Shown here: positions 19,280 to 30,344 of the stretch, piece after piece
Layout of the letters: every line of letters starts with the position of its first letter
How positions within the stretch are numbered: the first letter of the stretch is position 1
Source: a virus
Taxonomy: Duplodnaviria > Caudoviricetes
Virus record (IMG/VR): IMGVR_UViG_3300031857_000014
DNA length: 64,000 nt
Strand: one strand, 5' to 3'
Program-made: the position numbers and the translations under genes
The notes under the pieces: generated by a model
Databases searched by the model: none
Seen by the model: the letters and a program-made list of their open reading frames with translations, nothing else
Told to the model about the DNA's origin: nothing

Positions 19280-20404
19280 ATGTCAGCAACAATAATAACT
19301 CTACCTGAAAAGGAAAAATTATATACACAGGTTTTTCACCTATTAGGTATGCCTGTTAGGGGAATTGAATTAACAGAAGAACAAATGGATACGTTTTTAG
19401 AATTGGCGGTATCTGAGTATGAACAATACGTTAATGATTGGTTAATTGAATCACAGTGGTCTGCTTTAGCCGGATTGGATGTTGACACACAATCCTTAAC
19501 AAGAGCTCTGACCACAAGAGCAATGGACTATGAAACACAATATACATATTCATATTCAAAAATCGTTGGATTACAAACAGGTGGTCCATGGGAGTTGAAA
19601 AAAGATTATTTCACATTAACAGGAGGAACTCAGACATATGTAATCCCCGCAGGACGTGAAATAAACGAGTTATTATGGTTCACAAGAGCAACTCTTACCG
19701 ATTCAATTGTTGATCCGTTTTTGGGTGGATTTGGTGGTCTTGGTGGTGTTGGTTTTGGTGGTGTTGGTGGATTCGCTCAAGTTGGTGCGTCAGGGTCCTA
19801 TTTTATGTTACCAGCGTTTGATTTGTTATTAAGAATGCAAGATAGAAATATTAAAAATAGATTAATTGGTGGTGAATTAACTTATAGAATTACTGCGGGA
19901 CCAAATGGGACTAAAATAGTACATTTATATAATGTACCCGGTGGTAAATTTGACTTCGGGTCTGTACAACAAAATAACTACCAAGTGTGGTATTGGTATT
20001 ATGATACAACTACAACATCAAGAGATGAATGTTTAGAAAAAAATAAAGACATAGTAAAACTTCCGTCTGATGTTATGGTTGAAGCGTTAACTTGGGATAA
20101 AATGAATAAACCTTCACAAAATTGGGTAAGAAAATATTTGACAGCATATGCTAAGGAAGGTCTTGCAAGAATATGGGGAAAATACTCCGGTGACTTAAAA
20201 GTACCTGACCAAGATATTAAACTTGACTATACTTCTTTATTAACCGAAGCAAAAGATGAAAAACTTAAATTAGTTGAAGAATTACAACAAAGACTAGAAA
20301 GACTCCGCCCCGAAAAACTTTTAGAAAGAAAAGGAAACGAAGCGGAGAATCTTAACAAATCTCTGAAGTATAGACCAATGGTGTCACCATTTAATGTTAT
20401 TTAA
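19280..20404 (+). CDS. Neck / head-tail adaptor (T4 gp13-like)
   Basis: LLGMPVRGIELTEEQMDTFLELAVSEY ... WVRKYLTAYAKEGLARIWGKY. Confidence 0.75.
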   Translation: MSATIITLPEKEKLYTQVFHLLGMPVRGIELTEEQMDTFLELAVSEYEQYVNDWLIESQWSALAGLDVDTQSLTRALTTRAMDYETQYTYSYSKIVGLQTGGPWELKKDYFTLTGGTQTYVIPAGREINELLWFTRATLTDSIVDPFLGGFGGLGGVGFGGVGGFAQVGASGSYFMLPAFDLLLRMQDRNIKNRLIGGELTYRITAGPNGTKIVHLYNVPGGKFDFGSVQQNNYQVWYWYYDTTTTSRDECLEKNKDIVKLPSDVMVEALTWDKMNKPSQNWVRKYLTAYAKEGLARIWGKYSGDLKVPDQDIKLDYTSLLTEAKDEKLKLVEELQQRLERLRPEKLLERKGNEAENLNKSLKYRPMVSPFNVI

Positions 20405-23298
20405 AGGTGATTCGCGTGATACGCAAAATCATTGCCATTTGTTTCAATAATTTCATCTTCATTACTCACAGTACTTGACTCAATCATAGAAACGACTTTT
20501 CTATTGTGTTCCACCCAATAACTGTCTACGTTACTTAAACTCTCCTCAACATACATAAAGAACGGGTCTCTATTTACTCTATTCCAAAACATTACTTCAC
20601 TATCTGATAATGTCATTACTTCATTAAAATTATCTTGACCAGATTCTTTTAGAGGAAACCCACTTACAAGTTCACATTGAAGTTTCGTAAAGTATTGTCT
20701 GTTAGCCGGATCCTCAATTAAAATATCGTCCCTGATTTCAGGTTTAAAAACAACCAATAGTGGTTCAATTCTTTTATTGAAATTATTTAAATAACGAGCA
20801 ACATTGTAATCACCTGTTAGTTCAGGATTATTTTGAATATCTCTTTCAGGAATCATGTAACAGTTAATTTCCAAATAATCACTCGGCATCGGTTCACCAT
20901 GTTTTAACTCATACTCTTCTTTTTGTTTCTTAGTTGGTTTAGTTATTTTTTGAACGTCACCAGAAGTTTTCTTTGTACCGTTATTTACATAATAAATTGT
21001 TTCACCTAATGTTGCAGGATAGTCATTAAGTAAAACTAATTCCATGTGAGCTTGTCTTGACATTAAGATACCGGCTTTAGTTGTTTTCTTGATGTATTTT
21101 CTATATTCTTCTACAGATTGTTTTACTCTTGATTTGTTGGCGATTTTAGATAAAGGAATTTGTTTATTGTATATCTTATCAACATAAGAATAATATAACT
21201 CAATAAAAGAAACCCCGTCACCATTTAACAGATGTTTTAATCCTTCATCTAAAAACTCGACAACATACTGTTGTAATTTCTTGGATTTGATTGTGTTACC
21301 AGTAAGTTTTATTTTTTCTTTTCCTTTCTTTAATAGTTTAATGATATAATTTTTTCTTGAGACATTAATACAAACGGGAGCAATATAATCAATATCCAAA
21401 CCCATTTCGTTCCTCATAAAAACATCATTAAACTCTGCAGTGTCTGCTTCAATACCTTTATATTCTTTACCTTCTTCAACTAATTCGTTTAATCCCTTAC
21501 CAATATAAATGTGCGATTCAACATCAATGGGTGTTTCAAAGTTGACACCATCAGTATCCATTACAAGTGGTTTATAACCTTTCTTCATAAAGAACATAAT
21601 CATCATACGAAGACATTGTCTACCCACACATGTAATTGTTTCACCCATATTCATATCACCCCATGGAAATACTTGAGGTGCAGATAATGAACCGAAATAA
21701 GCGTTGATGAATATTTTAATTGGTAACTGTTTTCTATCGTACATTTCCGCCAATACAGGGTCTTTGTCTTTTAATTCACCTGCCAATCTTTTATATTGAA
21801 TACGAATGTTTCTGAAATATTTTAACATTGATTTTTGTACACCCATAACATCACAATCAGGGAATACATCGTACACCAATTGAATTGATGGGTATAGTGA
21901 AGCGTAGTCAAATTTAACGATGTTTTTAGAATACCCTACACTCAGTAATCTTGATAACCCTCCAGTGATTGCTCGTCTTTCATCTTTAGCGGGAATTGCC
22001 AAATTATTTTCGTAAGACCATGCTAACATTATTATCTTCCATAAGGTCGCAGTACCCATAGTAGATATTCTTTCATATGTTGTTGGTACTAATTTTGACA
22101 ATAGAAAAGTAGATTGACTAAAAGAATCATCAACAACTAATGTCTCATACAAATCATCATCGAGATATTGTTCAACAATTTTAGAACCAACCCATATCTC
22201 AAATTTACCCGGATATTTTTCTAATAAGTTTTCTGTACCCGGTTCACCAATTTTCTTATAATTACCTGTCTTAGGATTGACATAGTAACTTTCATTCTCT
22301 AAATAAATTTTAGAAATTTTATTACCCTCAACATACACACGATTTGGTTTTTCTTTTTCCAAATACTTTGTTATGTATTTAAGACTCCATGATTTAATTT
22401 CTGAATTAATTGCCTGTGCTCTACGAACAGAGTGAGCAATGTCCACAATATTGAAACCCCATATAACATGTTGAGTATACGGTTCAATTTCATTTGCCAA
22501 CTTTAAAAGACCTTCTTTTTGTTTTATACCTTCTAAAGTAAAAATTTGAGTCAACCCTTTAATATCAACACCTAAAATTTCACCTCTTTTAAGTATAAAT
22601 GGAAAGTCAAATGACGCTGAATTATATCCTGCAATAATTGTTGGTTTTAATTCTCTTATTGTATTAAAGAATTCCTCAATACATTTTTTCTCACCATCAT
22701 CACCAAACGCACTTAATGTCCTTTGAAATCCCCTATTATCTTTCATCCCAATTAGTATGATTTTATCTGTTTCAGGATTTAAACCGGTGGTCTCAATGTC
22801 AAACACAAATCTGTGAACACCAGAATAATCATCAATACCTTTGAACAGTCTTTTTTTCTTTTGAATAAGATATTGTTCTACCGGAGATAATGTTATAAAA
22901 TATGGTTTATATTTTTCATCCCAAGGATTTATACCACCTTGTCTGAAAAAACTAATTAGTTCAGTATATCCTTTTATACTTTTTACTAAAAAGTTTAAAC
23001 CATTTGATAATCTTTCATTACCATGGGTCTCTAATTTTTCAATTAGAATACCATATTCAACCATTTTTTGTTTTTGAAGTGTCTTACTATTATTGTAAAA
23101 ATTAAGACCAGTTAAGTCCCCAACCCAAAGAAACGGAATGAAACTATCTTCTTTGATTATCTTACCCTGTTCAGGGTCCTGTATGATTTTGTAAATTTTA
23201 TTTTGTTGGTAATCGTATTCAACGCCAACAATGAATTCTTCGGAATCTGCGCCGTTCAAGAAGCTCTCAATGACTTCCTGAGAAATAATTTCTTTCAT
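20401..23298 (-). CDS. polB: DNA polymerase family B with 3'-5' exonuclease
   Basis: ExoI FDIETTG, ExoII GYNSASFD, ExoIII YLDDD; polymerase motifs DYASLYPS, KIFINAYFG, MDTDG. No intein seen. Confidence 0.95.
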   Translation of the reverse strand: MKEIISQEVIESFLNGADSEEFIVGVEYDYQQNKIYKIIQDPEQGKIIKEDSFIPFLWVGDLTGLNFYNNSKTLQKQKMVEYGILIEKLETHGNERLSNGLNFLVKSIKGYTELISFFRQGGINPWDEKYKPYFITLSPVEQYLIQKKKRLFKGIDDYSGVHRFVFDIETTGLNPETDKIILIGMKDNRGFQRTLSAFGDDGEKKCIEEFFNTIRELKPTIIAGYNSASFDFPFILKRGEILGVDIKGLTQIFTLEGIKQKEGLLKLANEIEPYTQHVIWGFNIVDIAHSVRRAQAINSEIKSWSLKYITKYLEKEKPNRVYVEGNKISKIYLENESYYVNPKTGNYKKIGEPGTENLLEKYPGKFEIWVGSKIVEQYLDDDLYETLVVDDSFSQSTFLLSKLVPTTYERISTMGTATLWKIIMLAWSYENNLAIPAKDERRAITGGLSRLLSVGYSKNIVKFDYASLYPSIQLVYDVFPDCDVMGVQKSMLKYFRNIRIQYKRLAGELKDKDPVLAEMYDRKQLPIKIFINAYFGSLSAPQVFPWGDMNMGETITCVGRQCLRMMIMFFMKKGYKPLVMDTDGVNFETPIDVESHIYIGKGLNELVEEGKEYKGIEADTAEFNDVFMRNEMGLDIDYIAPVCINVSRKNYIIKLLKKGKEKIKLTGNTIKSKKLQQYVVEFLDEGLKHLLNGDGVSFIELYYSYVDKIYNKQIPLSKIANKSRVKQSVEEYRKYIKKTTKAGILMSRQAHMELVLLNDYPATLGETIYYVNNGTKKTSGDVQKITKPTKKQKEEYELKHGEPMPSDYLEINCYMIPERDIQNNPELTGDYNVARYLNNFNKRIEPLLVVFKPEIRDDILIEDPANRQYFTKLQCELVSGFPLKESGQDNFNEVMTLSDSEVMFWNRVNRDPFFMYVEESLSNVDSYWVEHNRKVVSMIESSTVSNEDEIIETNGNDFAYHANHL

Positions 23299-23384
23299 GT
23301 GTTATAAATTTGGTTGACCTATTAGCTTACTGTAAATCAGTAGTTTGTCTTGTATTCCAATAATTATAACAAAAAAGTTCGAGA

Positions 23385-23753
23385 TTAAAAAATATTGATG
23401 TAAAGTTTTTCTCTGATTGGAACTATTAATTTGTTTGTGGGATTCAAATCGGTATCTAAAAATTGTATGGTAACCGTACCCTCAAACCTACCTACTTGAG
23501 AAGTTTGTTCTTCGGTGAATCTATATGTAATATAATATTCATCTGTTGTTTGATTGTATTTTTTTGTTCTTAATACCAAATTACATTGACCATCAAATAT
23601 AATAGGGTCACCAGTTGAAACTTCTGACATTTCAAACGTTATTTCAGAATTTTCCAATAAATCATTAAAAGATGATTTATCGTTTTTACCATCGTCAATT
23701 AATCTTAATTTTAATATCGGGTCTGTTGCGCCTTTTCTTATAAAAAATTCCAT
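23385..23753 (-). CDS. BppU-like baseplate upper / virion structural protein
   Basis: MEFFIRKGATDP.L...Y.F....T...GRFEG...I resembles the BppU N-terminal-type Ig fold. Confidence 0.5.
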   Translation of the reverse strand: MEFFIRKGATDPILKLRLIDDGKNDKSSFNDLLENSEITFEMSEVSTGDPIIFDGQCNLVLRTKKYNQTTDEYYITYRFTEEQTSQVGRFEGTVTIQFLDTDLNPTNKLIVPIREKLYINIF

Positions 23754-23754
23754 A

Positions 23755-23991
23755 TTATAAAAAATGATTTAAAAAGACAATATTTCCCCCCATGAGAGTC
23801 CATAATGCATCTTTATAATCCGGAGTACCGGTGTCGGACAAATAATCATACACTTCTTTTCCTATTGAAATAACCATTAAAAAAATTAATGAAATCAATG
23901 GATGAAATACTAAGTTAAATAATGTGTAAATAATTACACCGTAAACAAAGTGATTTGCTTTATCTATTGGTATTAAAGGTAACTTATTCAT
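23755..23991 (-). CDS. Small membrane protein
   Basis: 78 aa with hydrophobic helices; DKANHF...GKEVYD...DALWT. Confidence 0.55.
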   Translation of the reverse strand: MNKLPLIPIDKANHFVYGVIIYTLFNLVFHPLISLIFLMVISIGKEVYDYLSDTGTPDYKDALWTLMGGNIVFLNHFL

Positions 23992-24013
23992 ATCAATAAA
24001 TATATCGAAAAAA

Positions 24014-24038
24014 AAATCCCTTCGTTTAGAAGGGATTT
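24014..24038 (-). terminator. Rho-independent terminator
   Basis: AAATCCCTTC-N5-GAAGGGATTT with a long A-run on + (U-run on -). Confidence 0.85.
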
Positions 24039-24056
24039 ATTATTAAAATTTAAAAA

Positions 24057-24773
24057 TTATAGTGAAACTGTATGGTACGAAAGGTATACTTGCATTGATA
24101 ATGTACCACCTGAAGCATTACTTGCTGCTGTTATTGCTATATTTTCGTTAGTTAATCCTGTAAGTGATGTAGGATAATATACGAGTGTTTTTGACGCTAA
24201 ACCTAAAGGTCCATTAGTTGAAGTAACAATGTTTTGACTACCACCACTATAACCAATCGTAACTTGAGTACCACCTGTATACGCAGTACCAGAAGAAGTT
24301 TTCAGAATTACTGAATCAACCACAACTAATTTATTAGCACCAGGTGCCGCCAAAATTGTTTGAGGTGTTGTTGCCAATAGTGCTGTTTGTCCACTAGTAA
24401 TTGTTATTCCAGTCGTTGTAAATAATGTTGCACCGGGTACATCTGTAATATTACTACCGTCACCAGAAAAATCGGTTGCGGTAACTGTTCCTGTAACGTT
24501 TAAATCACCGGTAACATCCATCACACTGTCTACAGTAAAAGTAGTTGCAGTTGTACCATTAAAAGTTAAATCATATCCTGCGAAATTTACCGTTCTATTA
24601 CCGGTCAAACTATCGTCACTACTATATAGTGTACTAGAACCACTAAACTGTATTGTATCTGCAATAGTTTGTATTGAGCATTGATAAATTGTATCATTAT
24701 CAACTACAACTGTTGTTGTGGATAATGAGGGGTTAGCTAAATTGTCTAAATCTGTGATTTTAATACTATTCAT
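24057..24773 (-). CDS. Virion structural / tail fibre-like protein
   Basis: Thr/Gly/Ser-rich; IKITDL N-term motif; LNVTGTVTATDFSGDGSNIT fibre-type repeat. Confidence 0.5.
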   Translation of the reverse strand: MNSIKITDLDNLANPSLSTTTVVVDNDTIYQCSIQTIADTIQFSGSSTLYSSDDSLTGNRTVNFAGYDLTFNGTTATTFTVDSVMDVTGDLNVTGTVTATDFSGDGSNITDVPGATLFTTTGITITSGQTALLATTPQTILAAPGANKLVVVDSVILKTSSGTAYTGGTQVTIGYSGGSQNIVTSTNGPLGLASKTLVYYPTSLTGLTNENIAITAASNASGGTLSMQVYLSYHTVSL

Positions 24774-24835
24774 TGTAAATTATTTTATTATAAATATTTG
24801 GTTATTTCAAATTATTCTTTTTATTTTAAAAAATT

Positions 24836-26299
24836 TTAATTAGTGATACCCGTTATTATTAAGGTGTTACCAGAAATGAAAAATAATTTATTATTTCCAT
24901 CGGTATCTTGTAAAATATTTTTATTAAAACTACCTGACACGCTAATCGAACCTGTAAAAGTAGTATTATTTAACTGACATAAAACATTGTTTAATTGAAA
25001 ATCAGTACGAATTATATTATTTTGAAAACTATTTGCAACAATATTATTATCATAAAAATCGGATATGATGGTATTATCGGTAAATGAATTTTTTACGATA
25101 CTATCATTAAAATTATTAGATAAAATTGTGTTACGAGCAAATTCATAACCTATTTGATTTTTTCTAAAATTTGATGTAATGTAATTATCTTCAAATAAGT
25201 TACCTATAAAATTGTCTTCAAAATTATCGTTTGTTATATTATTTCTAAAATAATCACCTACACTGTTGCTATAAGAATGATTATCAAAAGTGTTGTTGTA
25301 GCAAACGTTACCAAAAGTATTTTGATAGTAATCAAAATTACCTTTAAAAACATTATTAGGTAATATGAAATTTCCTACACTATCATATAAATGATATATA
25401 CTATAGTCTCCAATGTAATTATTAAAAATTGTTAATCCTGTTGGTGAAACCCCGGTCAGATTAAAAGTTGTGTATTCTTCACTTGTTAGTGATATGTTGT
25501 TTCTTTTATGACTAACAAACCCATCATTAATAGTTGAGTAATAAGTTGTACCTGAACCTATGGTCGTAATACTTAATCCGGTAATAGTCATACCTGAAGA
25601 ACCGGAAATAGTCAATACTTCAAAATACTTGTTACCCATACTTGGTATTGCAATTACGTCTCCAACAGTTAATGATGAAGAAAAAGTTGTACCGGTATTA
25701 CCAACAACCACACCATTTGATTGTACTTGTATTGTACCAGGTAATATATCACTTAATTTATATGAATAAGATTCATATCTTTTAAAGTATATGTTTCTAT
25801 GGTCATAATCTGTTCTGTTGTTATATTCATCAATTCTTTCTATAATTCTTCCAAACGCCTGACCACCCGTTTTTTCAGTAGTACTGAAAGTATAGTCATA
25901 TTTGATTTTGTCTTTAGGGTATTTAGGTTGATATCCGTCTGAACTAATTGTATTTGCACTTAAAGCAAAAACAATAATTGGTTCAATAGGTCCTTGTTTA
26001 TAAGTTGTATTACCAGTAACAGGTTGACCATTAATTAAAAAATCTGGTTGATCGTAACACGTTTTATAGTTGGTTATTAAATATGATTTACCAGCGGTAA
26101 GCGTTTTACCTGTTATTTTACTGACTAATTCAGAATAAGTAACACTTTCATAGTCGTTTGAAAGATTAAATGTATTACCTGAATCATTTTTAAATTTAAA
26201 AAACCCGTCACTTGAATCTACGAATAGGTTATACGTATTACCACTTGATGTCGGAATATTGTTTTTATTTTGTTTTTGTAATTGTATGTAACTTGGCAT
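24836..26299 (-). CDS. Tail fibre/spike-like protein with Asn-rich beta-helix repeats
   Basis: TYSELV......L.AG..YLITNY N-domain, followed by repeated N-x-F-x-x-N-x-I units. Confidence 0.55.
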   Translation of the reverse strand: MPSYIQLQKQNKNNIPTSSGNTYNLFVDSSDGFFKFKNDSGNTFNLSNDYESVTYSELVSKITGKTLTAGKSYLITNYKTCYDQPDFLINGQPVTGNTTYKQGPIEPIIVFALSANTISSDGYQPKYPKDKIKYDYTFSTTEKTGGQAFGRIIERIDEYNNRTDYDHRNIYFKRYESYSYKLSDILPGTIQVQSNGVVVGNTGTTFSSSLTVGDVIAIPSMGNKYFEVLTISGSSGMTITGLSITTIGSGTTYYSTINDGFVSHKRNNISLTSEEYTTFNLTGVSPTGLTIFNNYIGDYSIYHLYDSVGNFILPNNVFKGNFDYYQNTFGNVCYNNTFDNHSYSNSVGDYFRNNITNDNFEDNFIGNLFEDNYITSNFRKNQIGYEFARNTILSNNFNDSIVKNSFTDNTIISDFYDNNIVANSFQNNIIRTDFQLNNVLCQLNNTTFTGSISVSGSFNKNILQDTDGNNKLFFISGNTLIITGITN

Positions 26300-26311
26300 T
26301 TTATTTATTTT

Positions 26312-26680
26312 TTAAATTATTATTCCTGAACCTGTTATAGACCCATTATTTATTAGTGCTCCACCAATTTTAAGTGTACCATCAACAATAATCGAATCAT
26401 TATTAGTTAAATTACCTTGCACAAAATATTCAGCATTTTGTTCTATAATAAATACAGTATTTTGGTTTACAGTTAAATTAGAATGATTATATATTACTTG
26501 ATATTCTTCAATTGTACTTGTATAACCTGTTCTTGTTTGATTATATATAAATGGGGTCAACAAATTACGTAAATAATCAAATGTTACTTTATATGTAACA
26601 CCATTTTGAACAATAGCGGTTACGCCGGTTAAACTTGGAGTCGTTAAATTTGGAAGTAGTGATATTTTTATACCTGACAT
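26312..26680 (-). CDS. Virion structural protein
   Basis: KISLLP N-terminal motif, small beta-rich C-term, late motif upstream. Confidence 0.45.
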   Translation of the reverse strand: MSGIKISLLPNLTTPSLTGVTAIVQNGVTYKVTFDYLRNLLTPFIYNQTRTGYTSTIEEYQVIYNHSNLTVNQNTVFIIEQNAEYFVQGNLTNNDSIIVDGTLKIGGALINNGSITGSGIII

Positions 26681-26693
26681 TTACATAAATATT

Positions 26694-27737
26694 TTAAATA
26701 ATCAATAGATTATCATTTTCTGTTAATAAATTTTTTCCATCCTCGGCCAATAATCCATTATTTATCAAACTTATTATATTATTAACCCCATTCGCGTCAA
26801 TATAGTCACATTCATTAGTGTTATAAACACATAAATCATATGTCTCAGTAAGAATTAAAAAATTATATTTTACATACACAAAACTTAGAGGTTCTGTATA
26901 ATATCTTATTTTTTTAATATCAAAACAACAAACACCATCGTGTACGTTGTTCATTAATCCTGTTCCACCACCCCAAGATTGTATAAATGGTTGAACACTA
27001 TCACCATCCCTTGGTATAATTTCTTCCCAATTAATTATTTTATATATTGGTCTACCATTTAGATATATTTTTAGAACACCTAATCTTCTATCTCTTTCTT
27101 CATCCCATCTTGGGTTTAGTATTTGAGTTTCTTCATAAATTGGTGTAGCTCCGGTTAAGACATCATATGGGTTTAATACTGTTGACCCGGTAATTAAATC
27201 ATTGACACCACCTTCATTTAATAAATCACAATCAGTATAATATTTGTACCTATCAAAAACTATTGCAACGTGAAAATCTTTAGTTTCTTCACAAATGTGG
27301 AGTGTAGGTGTCTGACCACTTGAAACATAATAATTTCTAGTGTAACCCGAATCACAATTTGTTGTATCACCTGAATATCTTATTGTAACCCATCTGATTC
27401 TACCATCTGAAGTAAATTGAAAAGATAAATTATTATCGGCGTATTTTTGTGGATCATCTTCACCTCTTGTACCTATATAATAAAATACACTACCATCGGA
27501 CCAATCCAACCCATTTTTATTAAAAACAAATTCCAAACTCCAACCTTTTTCATGTCTACTTGAAAATATTGGTGAACAATTATCGATACCACTTCCTGTG
27601 TCAAATTTATATGCCCAAGGTTTATTTTGTAAACTTGGTGCTTGGTCACAACAATTATCTGAACTTTCTAATTTTCCGACACAATTAATAATTTCGGAGG
27701 ATAAATCAGATACAGGAATTTGTAAATCAATTGACAT
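26694..27737 (-). CDS. Virion protein, possible LamG/ConA-like lectin fold
   Basis: GWSLEFVF...FYYIG...FHVAIVF...LKIYLNG pattern. Confidence 0.45.
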   Translation of the reverse strand: MSIDLQIPVSDLSSEIINCVGKLESSDNCCDQAPSLQNKPWAYKFDTGSGIDNCSPIFSSRHEKGWSLEFVFNKNGLDWSDGSVFYYIGTRGEDDPQKYADNNLSFQFTSDGRIRWVTIRYSGDTTNCDSGYTRNYYVSSGQTPTLHICEETKDFHVAIVFDRYKYYTDCDLLNEGGVNDLITGSTVLNPYDVLTGATPIYEETQILNPRWDEERDRRLGVLKIYLNGRPIYKIINWEEIIPRDGDSVQPFIQSWGGGTGLMNNVHDGVCCFDIKKIRYYTEPLSFVYVKYNFLILTETYDLCVYNTNECDYIDANGVNNIISLINNGLLAEDGKNLLTENDNLLII

Positions 27738-27772
27738 TTATCTTTTCTATATAAATAGTATTTTAATTAGAT

Positions 27773-30289
27773 TTACACATTAGGTACAACAACTATTTCT
27801 ATAGTGTCTTCCACCACAAATGAATCATGAGTAAAATAGTACGTATTCGTACTATCTCCTTGAACAAGAAGTGAATCTTGTAAAACACTATTTATATATA
27901 ATTTAACTGTGTGATCCTGTTTTATACCATTAGTTATTTCAACAAGAATAGTACTCGAACTATTATTTGTATGTGTCGCCACAAGACAATCTCTAGCACT
28001 TAACGGTATAGTATTTGAACCATCAATAACACTATAACCCGGACCGTCAAGACCAGACAGCAACTCAACGTTGTTTATTACCAAACCTGGACTCGCCTCT
28101 CTATCTGTATTATTAGAAACTATTAATCTACCTGTATCTCGAATTAAACGGAAACCATTTACAACCGTTATAACTAAATAATCTGAGGATGGTATTGGTG
28201 TTCTATCAAGTATAAAAGAACCCGTTAAACTACCAGCATATATGTGGAATTCCGCAGTTCTACCACAATTTGTGTCGATATTAACTGATTTATCAAGAGT
28301 ACTATCTCCCACATAACTAATAATCAAATTCTCATCACCTTCTTCATTATTACGAGTTGCTTCAATTAATGTTGTTGTACTATCAAGAGGGAAAGAACCA
28401 GTTATAAATGAGTTAATAAAAGAATTTGGACCTAAAAGACCAGTAATTGATGCGTCACCCGTTGCGTCATAATTAAATCTAATCAAATCTGTTGGACATC
28501 CTGGTGTTGGTGTTGGTGTATTTGTTGGAACTGGTGTTGGTGTCGCAGTTGCAGGGATAGGTGTTGGTGTATTTGTTGAAACCGGTGTTGATGTTGGTGT
28601 TGGTGTTGGTGGAATAGGTGTATTAGTCGGTGTTGGGGTATTAGTTGGCGTCGGTGTTGGTGTTGGTGTGTTAGTTGATGTTGGTGTCGGGGTTGGTGTA
28701 TTAGTTGGTGTTGGTGTATTAGTTGACGTTGGTGTCGGCGTTGGTGTTGGTGTATTTGTTGGTGTCGGTGTAGGACAAACGTATGTCGATAGATATGTAT
28801 TATAATTACCGGTTATCAATCCAGAAGATATGTTTTGATTCCAAATTTCTATAGTACCTATTCTAAAATTACCCGGACCACCATTACCCATATTGACTAT
28901 GTCAAGTAATCCTATACCTAATTGATAATTTGGAGGAGCAATTCTATTAACAAATGTTCTATTAACTTCAATTGCATCGACATATGCAACTATTTCCGTT
29001 CCGTCATATGTAAAACCAACATAGTACCATCTATTAAATTGAACAGGTTTAGGATTTGCAACAAAATCTATACTTGAACCATTCCACAGACCAAAGTGGA
29101 AATAACCACTAACTAATTCTATTATTGATAAATGCCAATCACCTGAAAGTCCACCAGACATCTCATTAAGGACTATTCCATTTGATATCGGATAAACCCA
29201 TGTAAATACAGATAATTTATTACTTACAAATGATTGTGAAATATTATTAACAAAACCGTAATTAGAAGTACCATTAAATTCCAAATAATCGACACAATAA
29301 TCACTTGAATAAGTTGGATTATTATAAATTGTGGTTGTTGCTGAAAACGCCAAATCAGTAATTGTGTTACCTGTACCTGAATATGATGATGAGTTATTTA
29401 CATCAATTCTATATAGTACTTGAGGAGCAACTGGTTCAGGTGTTGGTTCTGGTGGTTCAGGGGTGTTAGTTGGTGTCGGTGTTGGTGTAATAGTTGGTGT
29501 TGGGCTTGATGTAGGTGTCGGAGTAATGGTCGGTGTTGGTGTAGGTGTTGGTGTAGGTGTTGGTGTAGGTGTCGGTGTTGGTTCAATAAATACCACATCA
29601 GGTTCTATTTTAAATCCTGTGTATGGGATATTTGATGGTAAAACGATATCCTCAAATACATTTTCTTGAGTAAGGATATCAAAAGACTCATCTAAAGTGA
29701 TTGTTAAATTAGAACTACTTTCACCAGCGTTTATTGTTATTCCTGTAATAATTTCTATTGTATCACCTGTTGTGTTTAGTTTGTGTGTAAAATTGACTGT
29801 AATGTTGTCTTGTACCGGTTGATTACTATTCAAATAATAATTTAAAACTATTGAACCGGGGGTAATTTGAGCATTTAAATTCAATTGTATACTTTCAGTA
29901 AATGCAGAAATAATAAAATAATGAGTTTCTCCGTCTGGATTTGTATAAGTGTAAACATGGTTATTCAATATTGTATTTGAATATGTGTTACCAAAATGAT
30001 TAACAAAATCATTGTAATTTAAAAAAATACTATATCCCGAATATGGGTAAGACAAATCATTGATTCTGTTATCATATTCAATTAGAATTACATTATCTCT
30101 AACGCAACCAAATTGATTCATAGAAGTATCTATTGTTAATCCGGTATATGTAATTAAATTATCTAAATCTAATACATCCGAATAATAATCATCGTCAACT
30201 TTTGATAGTTCGTAATCATATAATTCTGAGGTATCTAATTTAACGTCTAATTTAGACCCGTAATATTTTAAAATATTCTGACTATTCAT
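27773..30289 (-). CDS. Virion surface protein with LamG-like domain and two Pro-Thr linkers
   Basis: [10 protein letters not shown]...[11 protein letters not shown]...YVD LamG-like domain flanked by (PT)n tracts. Confidence 0.65.
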   Translation of the reverse strand: MNSQNILKYYGSKLDVKLDTSELYDYELSKVDDDYYSDVLDLDNLITYTGLTIDTSMNQFGCVRDNVILIEYDNRINDLSYPYSGYSIFLNYNDFVNHFGNTYSNTILNNHVYTYTNPDGETHYFIISAFTESIQLNLNAQITPGSIVLNYYLNSNQPVQDNITVNFTHKLNTTGDTIEIITGITINAGESSSNLTITLDESFDILTQENVFEDIVLPSNIPYTGFKIEPDVVFIEPTPTPTPTPTPTPTPTPTITPTPTSSPTPTITPTPTPTNTPEPPEPTPEPVAPQVLYRIDVNNSSSYSGTGNTITDLAFSATTTIYNNPTYSSDYCVDYLEFNGTSNYGFVNNISQSFVSNKLSVFTWVYPISNGIVLNEMSGGLSGDWHLSIIELVSGYFHFGLWNGSSIDFVANPKPVQFNRWYYVGFTYDGTEIVAYVDAIEVNRTFVNRIAPPNYQLGIGLLDIVNMGNGGPGNFRIGTIEIWNQNISSGLITGNYNTYLSTYVCPTPTPTNTPTPTPTPTSTNTPTPTNTPTPTPTSTNTPTPTPTPTNTPTPTNTPIPPTPTPTSTPVSTNTPTPIPATATPTPVPTNTPTPTPGCPTDLIRFNYDATGDASITGLLGPNSFINSFITGSFPLDSTTTLIEATRNNEEGDENLIISYVGDSTLDKSVNIDTNCGRTAEFHIYAGSLTGSFILDRTPIPSSDYLVITVVNGFRLIRDTGRLIVSNNTDREASPGLVINNVELLSGLDGPGYSVIDGSNTIPLSARDCLVATHTNNSSSTILVEITNGIKQDHTVKLYINSVLQDSLLVQGDSTNTYYFTHDSFVVEDTIEIVVVPNV
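28500..28775 (-). repeat. In-frame (PTPTNT)n coding repeat
   Basis: GGTGTT-type hexamer tandem; encodes about 90 aa of Pro/Thr. Confidence 0.85.
29440..29580 (-). repeat. In-frame (PT)n coding repeat
   Basis: [30 protein letters not shown]... Confidence 0.85.
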
Positions 30290-30294
30290 TAATT

Positions 30295-30327
30295 TATAAA
30301 TATCTTTCCTTTCGTTTGATATTTATA
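30295..30327. promoter_or_regulatory. Back-to-back divergent late promoter motifs
   Basis: TATAAATA on + at 30295-30302 (serves the minus gene) and TATTTATA at 30320-30327 (serves the plus gene), within a 55-bp gap. Confidence 0.6.
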
Positions 30328-30344
30328 TAAAAACCTAAGTTATC

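Noticed and set aside
16367-23298. Eukaryotic giant-virus origin suggested by SNF2 and PolB
   Set aside because: T4-like capsid, portal, protease, sheath and tube genes, plus bacterial terminators and bS21, indicate a tailed bacteriophage.
28500-29580. GGTGTT tracts as contingency or phase-variable microsatellites; ORFs 29398-29598 and 29463-29669
   Set aside because: These are in-frame Pro-Thr linkers. The His/Gln and Gly/Val ORFs are alternative-frame or antisense shadows of them.
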